DNA of 47,014 bases, filler included, from an uncultured virus (IMG/VR IMGVR_UViG_2049941000_000885) (15 parts of one record of this genome joined end to end with filler, not necessarily neighbours in it), one strand, 5' to 3'; shown: positions 33,702-44,320, counted from the first letter of the whole stretch. Program-made: numbers and translations. The notes: a model not told the origin generated them from the sequence alone.

Positions 33702-34090
33702 GCCAAGGCGACAATACGCCCGGCATGAGCAAATTTGCCGGAGTGATCGACAGCATGATTCAGAAGCGGAAGGACACTTCGCTGCTTCTGGACTACGGCG
33801 TGATTCAGGATGACCTGAGCCTGATAACAAACACTTTTCCAATTCCCATCCCAAAGAAGGATTATATGTGCTGCCGTCACTTGAAAGCCATCCCGGAGAA
33901 AGATCGGTGGACGACGGAGTATGCCGGGACGCACACGCACCCCGGAGGCGATGGAGGCAGCGCAGGCTCACACGCCCACAAATTCCAGCCTCATTGGGTG
34001 CTGAAGAAGGGAGATCGCGTTCTGGTGGCGTGGGTGCAGAACGACCCCGTGGTCATCGACGTGATCGTCCATGCAAACGAAGTATTCTGA
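33698..34090 (+). CDS. Baseplate spike-like protein
   Basis: HTH/HAH motifs; LKKGDRVLVAW...VVIDVI. Confidence 0.65.
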   Translation: MSQGDNTPGMSKFAGVIDSMIQKRKDTSLLLDYGVIQDDLSLITNTFPIPIPKKDYMCCRHLKAIPEKDRWTTEYAGTHTHPGGDGGSAGSHAHKFQPHWVLKKGDRVLVAWVQNDPVVIDVIVHANEVF

Positions 34091-34105
34091 TGGGAGGTGT
34101 GATAG

Positions 34106-34552
34106 ATGGCAGAACAGCTTTTCCCTGTCTTCGAGATACCGTCCATCGTCCAGAATGAAGAGAGCGAGAAGGAACAATACTTCTACCCTGGCCCGCTGTT
34201 TGATTTCAACTCAGGAGACTTCGTACTGGACGGTGCGCATCAGTTCACGATGGTAGACGGCCTCGACGAGTACATAATCTGGTGTCTGAAAACACTCAAA
34301 ACGCAGGTAGGTTCATGCGCGAGCTACCCGGAGTACGGCATCGACATTGACGGCGCTCTGTCAGAGCCGAACCATGAGGCCATCTGCTCCGCTTTCGAGC
34401 GCACGATCACTGAGGGCCTGATGAGAAACCCACGTACAGAACGGGTGTACAGTTTCGAGTTCGTATGGACTGCTGATTCTCTCGCAATCCTGTTTATCAT
34501 CAAGCCTAAGAATCTTGACGCTTTCGACATCACAATGACCGTCGTGACATAA
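34106..34552 (+). CDS. DUF2634/XkdS-like baseplate protein
   Basis: FDFNSGDF...WCLK...YG...ERTITEGL..PRTE.V. Confidence 0.75.
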   Translation: MAEQLFPVFEIPSIVQNEESEKEQYFYPGPLFDFNSGDFVLDGAHQFTMVDGLDEYIIWCLKTLKTQVGSCASYPEYGIDIDGALSEPNHEAICSAFERTITEGLMRNPRTERVYSFEFVWTADSLAILFIIKPKNLDAFDITMTVVT

Positions 34553-34566
34553 GGAGGTGAACACAA

Positions 34567-35657
34567 ATGATTGATATTCAGCCGTACACGCCCCCGGCGA
34601 TTCTGGACGATACGGACGTGGACACCATACACGCCCGGATGNNNNNNNNNNGGGAAGAAGGAACCTACAGACCCGGAATCTGGGGGATGCAGGATAGGTA
34701 CAAAGAAATCACAGGGAATGCCCACGCTCCGACTTATGGTTTTCTGGAAACGGCAGCAGAAAACGGCTTTGACACATCCACGCTTGAAATGTATTCCCAA
34801 ATGGCGCGGGAAGAAAAAGAAAGGTATCTCGGTGACTACAACACGCAAAACGCATCCCTTCAAAAGCTCTATGCAGGGGAAAAAGACCTCATNNNNNNNN
34901 NNNNNNNNNNNNNNNNNNNNNNNNNNNNNNNNNNNNTTAATTAATTAANNNNNNNNNNNNNNNNNNNNNNNNNNNNNNNNNNNNNNNNNNNNCCCGTAAT
35001 TTCGTTTTCTGTACGCCAGCGACCCCGATCTCATCCTCTATCGAGTTCCTTGTGACCGAGGCCACCACGCTGGAGTACGATTCGGAGAACGAAGATTACC
35101 GCGCCACCATCCCCGTGGTCTGCGCCGAGAAAGGCATCGTCGGAAATGTGCCGAGCGACAGCGTAATCCTTATGTCAGTTCCGCTGACGGGCATCACGTC
35201 GGTCACAAACCCGGCAGCCATGGGCGCGGGCGCTGAGGAAGAGACGGATGATGAGCTGCGCGAGCGCATCATGGAGATCGACCGAACCCGCGAAACTTCG
35301 TTCATCGGCAACGATAACGACTATGTACGCTGGGCCAAGCAGATTGAGGGGGTCGGCAGTGCGGCTACCATCCGAGAATGGATGGGCGCTGGGACGGGTA
35401 CGGTGAAGGTTCTGATCATGGACACAGAGGGAGCGCCTGCGAGCCAGACCCTGATTAACAAGGTTTACAACCACATAGCAGGGTCCGNNNNNNNNNNGGT
35501 CCTTCGGTACACCGACGTGTGCAACGCACTCCACGATACAGCCGGGGTGCTGGATTACTTCAACCTCACCGTCAATTCGGGGACACAGAACGTAACCATC
35601 GCCATTGACAATTTCCCGACTGTCTCCACGATGTCCCTGACGGAAGCGGGTGATTAA
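34567..35657 (+). CDS. Baseplate J/gp47-like protein (gapped; 34652-34892 is an unrelated fragment)
   Basis: GIVGNVP, GAEEETDDELRERI, GNDNDYVRWA, GTGTVKV. Confidence 0.82.
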
Positions 35658-35660
35658 CCC

Positions 35661-36365
35661 ATGAACGATCAGACCTTCAAGGAGTACATCGTTCAAAGCA
35701 CGGCTGCAAAGCGCATGATCGGCACCGTGTCCCCGATCTACGAAGACGCATACGCTGGCTGCTGGCTGTTCGAGGACATAGGACGCGAGTGGGACCGCCT
35801 CTGGGAGATCATCGACCAGTTGCCGGATGAGCTGTTTCCGCAGACGGCGACATGGCTGCTGGGGCTATGGGAGCGTCGCTACGGTATCACGCCGAATGAG
35901 GGCGACACAATCGAAGTTCGCNNNNNNNNNNNNNNNNNNNNNNNNNNNNNNNNNNNNNNNNNNNNNNNCAGCGCATCGAGGAGATCGAGGCGTACCCGAA
36001 GCCGTTTACTCCGTGGACGCTGGACAGGTGGTGTCAGATCACCATGGGCCGGAATGCTGTCGTGGAAGATCATGTATCGGCATACACCTTCGGCGTTACG
36101 CTCGTCAGCCATCCCGATTCTCTGCCGTTGGACATCAAGAAAGTCCGGGAATACATCAACGGACATAAGCATAGCCACATGAGCTATGAGCTGACGTTTC
36201 AGGCTCAGTCCCGCATCCTGCTCACCATCGAAACGGCTTACTGGCGCTTCCACTACGAGATGTCCGGCACCAAACCATACAGGAACATCGTGGGCGGTCT
36301 GTCTGGCGGCGAGATCACCGTCACCCCTGCCCCCCACGGCTACGTCTTTGAATACCCCTTCGCTG
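35661..36365 (+). CDS. YmfQ/DUF2313-like tail protein (gapped)
   Basis: FPQTATWLLGLWERRYGI; KHSH.SY. Confidence 0.72.
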
Positions 36366-36644
36366 NNNNNNNNNNNNNNNNNNNNNNNNNNNNNNNNNNN
36401 NNNNNNNNNNNNNNNNNNNNNNNNNNNNNNNNNNNNNNNNNNNNNNNNNNNNNNNNNNNNNNNNNNNNNNNNNNNNNNNNNNNNNNNNNNNNNNNNNNNN
36501 NNNNNNNNNNNNNNNNNNNNNNNNNNNNNNNNNNNNNNNNNNNNNNNNNNNNNNNNNNNNNNNNNNNNNNNNNNNNNNNNNNNNNNNNNNNNNNNNNNNN
36601 NNNNNNNNNNNNNNNNNNNNNNNTCGAAGAAAGGGGAATCCGTC

Positions 36645-36956
36645 ATGCTCACCAATACCGCGCTGACTTCTCTGAAAAATCACCTGAAGAACAGCATCAA
36701 GTTCGCAAAGTACAAGGTCGGCAACACCTACTACCAAGCGGACATCCGAAGCGCCTACATCATGGATGATGGCAGGGTGGCGATCACTTTCCTGATCGAC
36801 CACACCGTACCCGGCAATATCACCGTGACCGAGGTGCAGCTCTACGATCACAACGGCAGCCTCTGGGCGAGCAAAGCTGAAAGTATCACCCGCGCCAACG
36901 TGCAGGAGGGTATTCTCTACCGCTTCGCCTTCACGATCACGGAAGAAGAAACCTGA
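36645..36956 (+). CDS. Tail-associated hypothetical protein
   Basis: ITVTEVQLYD motif; RBS AAGGGG. Confidence 0.6.
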   Translation: MLTNTALTSLKNHLKNSIKFAKYKVGNTYYQADIRSAYIMDDGRVAITFLIDHTVPGNITVTEVQLYDHNGSLWASKAESITRANVQEGILYRFAFTITEEET

Positions 36957-36989
36957 TTCCGAATAGGCTGAGAAAGGAGGAACCCATAT

Positions 36990-37479
36990 ATGCCTTATCC
37001 CCAGACCGATTGGAAAGACCATGTAACGGAGTATGAAAACCGCTACACGGAATCCACGAACCCGGACGGCTCGATCACCCACACCAAAGTCGAGGGCGAG
37101 GTCATCCAGCAGGGTACGCCCATGAGCGCAACCAACTTCAACCACCAGGAAGATGGCATTGGCGAAGCCGCTGCGCTGGCTGNNNNNNNNNNGTGCGACC
37201 GCTGCTGGCGTGTCCTTCGACGGCAGCGGGAACATCACGATCATCGTGACCGAGCTCGACCCCTCGAAACTGTCTGCTGCCGTAGCTGTCGCAAAGGGCG
37301 GCACTGGCGCTACGGATGCTGCCGGAGCGCGGACGAACCTCGACGTGCCGTCCAACACAGACACTATCTCGGCGATGATTCTTGGGGATGCGCAGCGCTC
37401 CGTCGATCAGGCGGTGCAGCGTGACCTCGATGAACGGCTGATCACCGCCGAAGCGCAGATCGCCGCGATGGGAACCTAA
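36990..37479 (+). CDS. Tail fibre-like protein (middle collapsed in gap)
   Basis: WKDHV...QQGTPMSATNFN N-terminus; VAKGGTGATDAAGARTNL fibre motif. Confidence 0.7.
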
Positions 37480-37858
37480 GAGAAGGGAGGAAGAACGCGA
37501 TGCCTGAGAACATCGAGGATTCCGTCGTGCTGACGGAAGAACCCGAACCCGGTCCCACGCCGGAACAGGAAGAAGAGTGGGAGCGTGAACGGAAAGCTCG
37601 CTGGGAAGCGAAGATTCAGCCGTACCGCGACTTCAAGGCTCAGGTCAATGAGCATGATGACCTGATNNNNNNNNNNNNNNNNNNNNNNNNNNNNNNNNNN
37701 NNNNNNNNNNNNNNNNNNNNNNNNNNNNNNNNNNNNNNNNNNNNNNNNNNNNNNNNNNNNNNNNNNNNNNNNNNNNNNNNNNNNNNNNNNNNNNNNNNNN
37801 NNNNNNNNNNNNNNNNNNNNNNNNNNNNNNNNNNNNNNNNNNNNNNNNNNNNNNNNCC

Positions 37859-38023
37859 ATGGCTTACAACCTGATGAAGCGCATCATCGAGCGCGACAAA
37901 AAGGCCGGGACGCTGGACAAGGCGGCGATCATGGACAAGCTCGACGCTTTCCTTGCTGCCGACCGTCTGACCACGGCACAGTATCAGGAGCTGGTGGCTC
38001 TCATGGATGCTGATGCCGAATGA
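37859..38023 (+). CDS. Small 54-aa tail-associated protein, paralog 1
   Basis: MAYNLMKRIIE...KLDAFLAADRLT..QYQELV. Confidence 0.7.
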   Translation: MAYNLMKRIIERDKKAGTLDKAAIMDKLDAFLAADRLTTAQYQELVALMDADAE

Positions 38024-38103
38024 ACAACCTGTTGACCAAATTTGCCATCTGGTGGACAGATCGGCAATTTGAGAAATCTCTCAGAGAAATGGAGGACTTC
38101 GCT

Positions 38104-38268
38104 ATGACCTACAAGCTGATGAAGCGCATCATCGAGAATGGCCTGAAGAAAGGCAATCTCGACGTGGAATCGACCATGCAGAAGCTCGACGTGTTCCTCA
38201 TGGCTGACCGTATCACCATTGAGGAATATCAGGAGCTGGTCGAACTGATCGAAGGGGGTAACACCTGA
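38104..38268 (+). CDS. Small 54-aa tail-associated protein, paralog 2
   Basis: GGAGG RBS; MTYKLMKRIIE...KLDVFLMADRIT..EYQELV. Confidence 0.7.
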   Translation: MTYKLMKRIIENGLKKGNLDVESTMQKLDVFLMADRITIEEYQELVELIEGGNT

Positions 38269-39854
38269 TGAACGTCAAAGAGAGCATTGAGCGCTTTGCG
38301 AAAGATCAGGGCTGGGTGGTCAAGTACGCCGCCGATGGTACGCCCAACTTCTTCTATCCCATCTACAAGTGCAAGAGCAGCGACCTCGATGCTTCGCTGC
38401 CGAATCACACCCACCCGGCGTTTATCGTCAATGGGCAAGAAATCCCCAGACGTTTGATTGCCGTATACAAGGGCGGCAACTTCAACAATGCCTGCCACAG
38501 CATTCCCAACGTCGCCCCGCTGGTCAACCTCGGCGCTGACCAGTTGCTGAACAAGATCAAAGCCTGCGGCGCTGGCTTCGGCCCCAAGACCGTTGCTGAC
38601 AGCGGCCTGCTTCTCCTGCTGGCTAAAAAGCTCTCCAATTNNNNNNNNNNNNNNNNNNNNNNNNNNNNNNNNNNNNNNNNNNNNNNNNNNNNNNNNNNNN
38701 NNNNNNNNNNNNNNNNNNNNNNNNNNNNNNNNNNNNNNNNNNNNNNNNNNNNNNNNNNNNNNNNNNNNNNNNNNNNNNNNNNNNNNNNNNNNNNNNNNNN
38801 NNNNNNNNNNNNNNNNNNNNNNNNNNNNNNNNNNNNNNNNNNNNNNNNNNNNNNNNNNNNNNNNNNNNNNNNNNNNNNNNNNNNNNNNNNNNNNNNNNNN
38901 NNNNNNNNNNNNNNNNNNNNNNNNNNNNNNNNNNNNNNNNNNNNNNNNNNNNNNNNNNNNNNNNNNNNNNNNNNNNNNNNNNNNNNNNNNNNNNNNNNNN
39001 NNNNNNNNNNNNNNNNNNNNNNNNNNNNNNNNNNNNNNNNNNNNNNNNNNNNNNNNNNNNNNNNNNNNNNNNNNNNNNNNNNNNNNNNNNNNNNNNNNNN
39101 NNNNNNNNNNNNNNNNNNNNNNNNNNNNNNNNNNNNNNNNNNNNNNNNNNNNNNNNNNNNNNNNNNNNNNNNNNNNNNNNNNNNNNNNNNNNNNNNNNNN
39201 NNNNNNNNNNNNNNNNNNNNNNNNNNNNNNNNNNNNNNNNNNNNNNNNNNNNNNNNNNNNNNNNNNNNNNNNNNNNNNNNNNNNNNNNNNNNNNNNNNNN
39301 NNNNNNNNNNNNNNNNNNNNNNNNNNNNNNNNNNNNNNNNNNNNNNNNNNNNNNNNNNNNNNNNNNNNNNNNNNNNNNNNNNNNNNNNNNNNNNNNNNNN
39401 NNNNNNNNNNNNNNNNNNNNNNNNNNNNNNNNNNNNNNNNNNNNNNNNNNNNNNNNNNNNNNNNNNNNNNNNNNNNNNNNNNNNNNNNNNNNNNNNNNNN
39501 NNNNNNNNNNNNNNNNNNNNNNNNNNNNNNNNNNNNNNNNNNNNNNNNNNNNNNNNNNNNNNNNNNNNNNNNNNNNNNNNNNNNNGCCGAACGGCCTGAA
39601 TACCCTGACTGGTTCCGGCCCCAAGAGCTGGCGCTTCGGCGGCAAGGCCAACGGCATTGATGATCTGACTGGCAACTGCTACGATCAGGATTACGGCTAT
39701 CGCATCGTCGGCGGTGAAATCCAGATTCTGGAGAACAACAATGCTGCAGACCCGGATGCCGATCTGGGTGCGGACAGCGCCGCGTGGAAGGCCATCCTGC
39801 CCAGCAGCGTCGATGGGTCCTATACGCTGGTCGCCCCCGGTACTGCCGGAACGC
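38268..39854 (+). CDS. DGR target: Mtd-like (C-type lectin/FGE-type fold) receptor-binding protein; VR-bearing C-terminus lost in gap
   Basis: HPAFIVNG in N-part; after gap TLTGSGPKSW..GIDDLTGN..GYRIVGGEIQILENNNAA..WKAI..LVAPGTAGT. Confidence 0.82.
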
Positions 39855-39864
39855 NNNNNNNNNN

Positions 39865-39945
39865 CTGACAGAGATCGGGAAGATCAACGGTGGATTGATG
39901 AAGGCTCTGGAGGCGAAGCAGGCTGCGCAGCCGCGCAGACGCTGA
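39865..39945 (+). CDS. avd: Accessory variability determinant Avd, C-terminal fragment
   Basis: LTEIGKINGGLMK matches the Avd EIGxxxGG signature; lies immediately 5' of the TR. Confidence 0.8.
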   Translation: MTEIGKINGGLMKALEAKQAAQPRRR

Positions 39946-39999
39946 CCCTCCGGGCCTTTTCTCAATAGGGAATAAACTGCATAGCGCAGCGCCTTTTTT

Positions 40000-40116
40000 G
40001 AGCGGTTCCCTCGTCGCGGCGGCAACTACAACAACACGTCCAACACAGGTTTGGGCAACGTGAACGCCAACAACACGCGGTCGAACACGAACACGAACTA
40101 TGGCGTGCGCTCCGGC
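40000..40116 (+). repeat. DGR template repeat (TR)
   Basis: Reads ERFPRRGG-NYNNTSNT-GLG-NVNANNT-RS-NTNTNY-GVRSG with 11 in-frame AAC codons; boundaries approximate. Confidence 0.9.
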
Positions 40117-40303
40117 TCTGCTTCCAGCATCCGCGCATCTGCGCGGTGGAAAGACCAGTATGCGAGGGCGGCCACGGCTTCCCTCGAAGTGCCACGGAAG
40201 CAAAGGAGTTTATTTCCACTGGCGGTGAGGACAGCCCGCCATGAACATGATTGCCGTGTAGATAGGAATATCACGCACGGCGAGGCGGTGCGGGAGGTGC
40301 ATC

Positions 40304-41268
40304 GTGCAAAAGGCAACGAATGTCATGCAACGCATCGTGGCCTATGAAAATTTTCTCCGTGCCGACAAGGATAGCAGCAAGAGCAAACGGTTTCGCCCGG
40401 AGGTCATGGCTTTCAATAACCACCTCTGCGAGAACCTGCTTTCCCTCGAAGCCGATTTCCTCTCAGGCGAATACGAAAGCGGCCTCTACACGGAGCGTTA
40501 TGTCCGCGTTCCCGTGACACGGCTCATTGAAGTGTCGCAATTCAGAGACCGCGTGGCACAGCAGGCCATTTACGGGAGCGCCTGCGAGCCANNNNNNNNN
40601 NAAACTGGCTCAGGCTGATTCGCAGGAAGCCAGACGCTGAGAAATGGGTATGTGGCAAGATCGACGTGGCGAAGTTCTTTTACCGCATCGACCACAAGGT
40701 CGTCATGGACCTGTACGCCAAGTACATTGACGACCCGCTCACGCTTCAGGTGATCGGCAGTATCATCAACTGCAAGCATACGCCTTTCGGCCTGCCGGAA
40801 GGGAAAGGCTGCACCGAAGTACCCAAGGAAGAGCGGCTGTTCGATGTGGGTGTCCCCATCGGCAGCCTGATGTCGCAGNNNNNNNNNNAAGAAACGCTGC
40901 ATCGCTGGATGGCCGAGATCGAGCGGTTCATGCTGGAGCGCCTGAAGCTGAAATGCAACCGCAAAACCCAGGTCATCCCGCTGTCCCACGGCATCCCGTT
41001 TGTCGGAAAGCGCATATGGGCCAACAAGATTCTTCTTCGTAAGTCCACCGTCAAGCACATGAAACGGGCGCTCCGCAAGATCGCCGAGGAATACAGGAAT
41101 TACGAGATCACCCTCGACCGTGCCATGCAGACGGTTATCAGCTACATCGGCCTGCTGTCCCATTGCAACGGCGAGGGCCTGAAGGAATGGATTTCCCAGA
41201 ATATTTCGTTCACGCACGGAGATTCCTATGGAGAATGGAATGGTGAATATGAGCAGATCGCCGCATAG
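40304..41268 (+). CDS. DGR reverse transcriptase (two gaps; YxDD motif falls in gap 40879-40888)
   Basis: GGGAGGTG RBS; FRDRVAQQAI, KIDVAKFFYRIDH, GVPIGSLMSQ, GIPFVG. Confidence 0.92.
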
Positions 41269-41509
41269 AGACACCAATGCACCGCGAGATCACCCCAGAA
41301 GGTTTTACTCCATCATCGAGCGCGAGGACGGCCTCGTGGATGTGTATCTCGCGCCGGAAGTGACCGCTTATGACACCGATGTGGGCATCCGTGAGTACGA
41401 CATATCTGTCATCGCCGTCTGCGGCGTGGTGCCGTGGCCGGGTCTGGAAGAGGACGTTCGGAAGCGTTTCGATGCGTGGTGCGAAAGCGGAGAGGAGATT
41501 TACCTATGA
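41249..41509 (+). CDS. Hypothetical protein overlapping RT end
   Basis: About 86-aa ORF, coupled to the next gene. Confidence 0.55.
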   Translation: MSRSPHRDTNAPRDHPRRFYSIIEREDGLVDVYLAPEVTAYDTDVGIREYDISVIAVCGVVPWPGLEEDVRKRFDAWCESGEEIYL

Positions 41510-41618
41510 AGGAGTTTGCCATCGTCCTTGCCGTGGTGCTCGTCATGTTCGTGCTTCTCAGCGTCCTTCTCATGGTCGCCCTGTACTGGACACACTACCC
41601 ATACGGAAGGAGCAAGAA

Positions 41619-42503
41619 ATGGCGAAGGAAAAAATAGCCGACATCAGCACCTATCAGGATGATGTGGACTGGCAGAAAGCGGCGCAGGAGCTTTCGTTCT
41701 GCATCCTCCGCGCCAGCATCGGCCAGAAAGCGGATTCCAAATACCTGCGGAACGTGGACGGCTGTATTCAGCACAACGTCCCGTTCGGAGCCTATCACTA
41801 CGTCAAGGCCGGGACCGCCGAGGACGCGAAAGCGGAAGCGCGGTTCTTCGTCCAGACGACGGCGGCAGCGGCGACCAAGCCGCTGTTTTATATTGCGGAC
41901 ATCGAGTACAAGGCCCAGGACAGCGCCACCACGGAGCCTGTCTGCGTCGCGTTCCTCGAAGAACTCCGCGCCCTCGGCTGCTCGAAGATCGGCCTTTACA
42001 TCAACACCCGGTACAAGTGGGCGGGAGCCGCCATCCCCATGTGCGACATCATGTGGATTCCCCATTGGGGCAAGAACGACGGCAGCATCCCCGCCCCTCA
42101 GTACGAACCGAAGAACCCCTGCGACCTTTGGCAGTATACCTCCAAGGGTACGCTCGCCGGGGTAAAGGGAGACGTTGACCTGAGCGCCTGCTACGGTGGC
42201 AGGGACGTTTCCTTCTTCACGGAAGGATGGAACCCGGAAAGGGGTGTCAGCACCATGTTTACCAATCTTCAGTTCGCCGCGTATTGCCTCGCGGTTTTCG
42301 CGGCGAAGTGGGTCTACTGGTACGGGACCTGCGGGTACGAATGTACCATCTCCCTGTACAACCGCAAGAAGGAACAGTATTCCAAGTATTACACTGATGC
42401 CCGTGCCAGCGGTTATAAGGCCGACATCGCCAACGGCTGCATGTGCGCGGATTGTGTCGGCCTCATCAAGTCCTTTTTCTGGAAGGGCGGCGACCTGAAC
42501 GGC
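41619..42503 (+). CDS. Endolysin: GH25 muramidase plus NlpC/P60-like second domain (3' end in gap)
   Basis: DISTYQ, GAYHY, DIE, LWQYTSKG..GV.GDVDL; then YWYG...ADCVGLIK. Confidence 0.88.
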
Positions 42504-42603
42504 NNNNNNNNNNNNNNNNNNNNNNNNNNNNNNNNNNNNNNNNNNNNTTAATTAATTAANNNNNNNNNNNNNNNNNNNNNNNNNNNNNNNNNNNNNNNNN
42601 NNN

Positions 42604-42863
42604 GCGAGCAGATCAAGACCCTCTTCAATCAGCAGGAAGAAACCAAGCGGCTGGCTGAAAGTGTCCACGAACTCGCCACGTCGGTTAAGCTCCTCGCCTC
42701 CGCTCAGAAGTCCACCGAGAAGAAGGTGGACGATCTGACGGGGGATGTGGAGGAGATCAAGACCAAACCTGCTAAGCGTTGGGATGGAGCCGTCACCGTG
42801 ATAATCACGGCCCTCGTCACGGCTGTGATTACCTTCGCCCTCACTAAGATTGGGCTGAAATAA
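42604..42863 (+). CDS. Holin/XhlA-like protein, C-terminal part
   Basis: Coiled coil, then KPAKRWD and one TM helix; in lysis module. Confidence 0.6.
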
Positions 42864-42883
42864 GCCCGGAAAGGAAGGACCCT

Positions 42884-43042
42884 ATGAAGAAACTCGTTTG
42901 CATCTGCGCTCTCATGCTGGCAATGGTGTGTATGCTCCTGCCTGTGTACGCCTTTGCGGAGGATGTACACCCGCCCGAAGCCGACACCGAAACCACCGCC
43001 GTGACCGTGGCCGAGGCTGACCCCCAGCCCACCCCCGGCGAA
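42884..43042 (+). CDS. Secreted/membrane lysis-module protein, N-terminal fragment
   Basis: Signal-peptide-like MKKLVCICALMLAMVCMLLPVYAFA. Confidence 0.45.
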
Positions 43043-43065
43043 NNNNNNNNNNNNNNNNNNNNNNN

Positions 43066-43980
43066 ATGTGTCCGATGCGGAAGCAAGGGTCTCGGCGTTC
43101 ATGTGAACGGGAGGGGCTTGTGTTTCAACTGTCTGGAGAGAGAAATGCGGAAGAAGCAGGAAGAAACAGAGAGAAAGCTCGATGACGAAAAGCGCAGGAA
43201 CCAGAAGCTCTCTGAGGATAACGATAGACTGAAATCTGCCATGGAAGAAATGATAGCTGCAATTCATCAACAGGTCAAGGCCGCTGAAGAACAACCGATC
43301 ATCGAGGCATATTGCGACGAGTGCTTCACATCTGTTCCAAGAGAGCATGCGGAAGCGAGAAAGCCTTGCCCGAAGTGTGGTAATACCTTCTATGCTGTTC
43401 TGAACCGTGAACGTCCTATGCCAAACGGAAACTTCGCCTATTTCATGCAGAGGCAGGAAAACATGACAGCCAACTCAGATGCACATATAGAAATGCAGTC
43501 CATCCGCAAGAAAACCATGACAAGAGAGGATTATCAGGCGTTTATAGAAGCAGGAGAAAGAAGCATCGCCACGCTGGAGAAAGCCCTCGAAGAAGAATTG
43601 GAAATGCTGCGCCGTGCGCATTGCTCACATGTCGAGCTTCCTCCATATATCCCGGCTCCGTATGAACTGCCAGATATGTATATGCGTTACGGGCATTGGG
43701 ACGATGCGCAGCGGATATACGACTTCTGCTCGAAAATGGAAGTGCTGAAACAGTCCAGCTTTGACTTCCCCAGACTGAAAGCGGAATGCGAAGAAAACAG
43801 GCTGTGTGCTGCACGGCTTACAGAGATCGTTTCATCAGGCATCCACTCACAGAGGCAGATCAAAAAAATGGTCAAAAACAAGTTCAGCCCTCGTGTCATA
43901 AANNNNNNNNNNGATTGACCCGCGAGAAGTCCGGCTCCGATTTCATAGTAACCATCTCTCCGAAAGAGGAAATGTTCTGA
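43066..43980 (+). CDS. Moron-like hypothetical protein with CxxC pairs and coiled coil
   Basis: CVRC/CFNC and CDEC/CPKC pairs; lower GC; after lysis genes. Confidence 0.55.
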
Positions 43981-44107
43981 CCCTCTCAGCGCCACGCTAA
44001 GGCCGTTCGATTTTTACCCTATAAATCCCACACCAGAAGCAGGCAGACCCATTAACGGGCGTTTAATCGCGTTTAACGCCCATTCAAAACCAGATCACGA
44101 AGATCAG

Positions 44108-44144
44108 AGACAGCCTTCGGTTCATCCGAGGGCTGTTTACTTTT
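44108..44144 (+). terminator. Intrinsic terminator
   Basis: GACAGCCTTCGG-loop-CCGAGGGCTGTT followed by T-rich run. Confidence 0.7.
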
Positions 44145-44258
44145 GCGTGCATTTGTTCGCGGATGTAAACGGATGTTTTGCGTCCCTTTTCTCTCCCCCT
44201 CACCCCCTCTTATAACCCTATACGTTGTGTTGTTTATTATATTCTACATCTCACATAA

Positions 44259-44320
44259 TACGAATAACGAATATCGAATAACGGGAACATCTGCAAGCAT
44301 CTGTTTGCATCTGTTTGCGA
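44259..44320. repeat. Iteron-like short repeats
   Basis: CGAATA x3 at 7-bp period; GCATCTGTTT tandem (CATCTGCAAGCATCTGTTTGCATCTGTTTGC). Confidence 0.55.

Larger units (their letters stand above)
38268..41268 (+). mobile_element. Diversity-generating retroelement (target-avd-TR-RT)
   Basis: Canonical gene order, AAC-rich TR, DGR-type RT. Confidence 0.93.

Noticed and set aside
39855..39864. Missing VR as proof that the DGR is active
   Set aside because: Gaps occur throughout the scaffold, so this one is not specific evidence
40051..40347. Asn-rich ORF MGNVNANN...
   Set aside because: It is the DGR template repeat plus spacer, expected to act as RNA
3957..42559. Fourteen TTAATTAATTAA palindromes flanked by Ns, superficially like a repeat array
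   Set aside because: Artificial contig linker with stops in all six frames; explains the many ORFs ending 'LIN'
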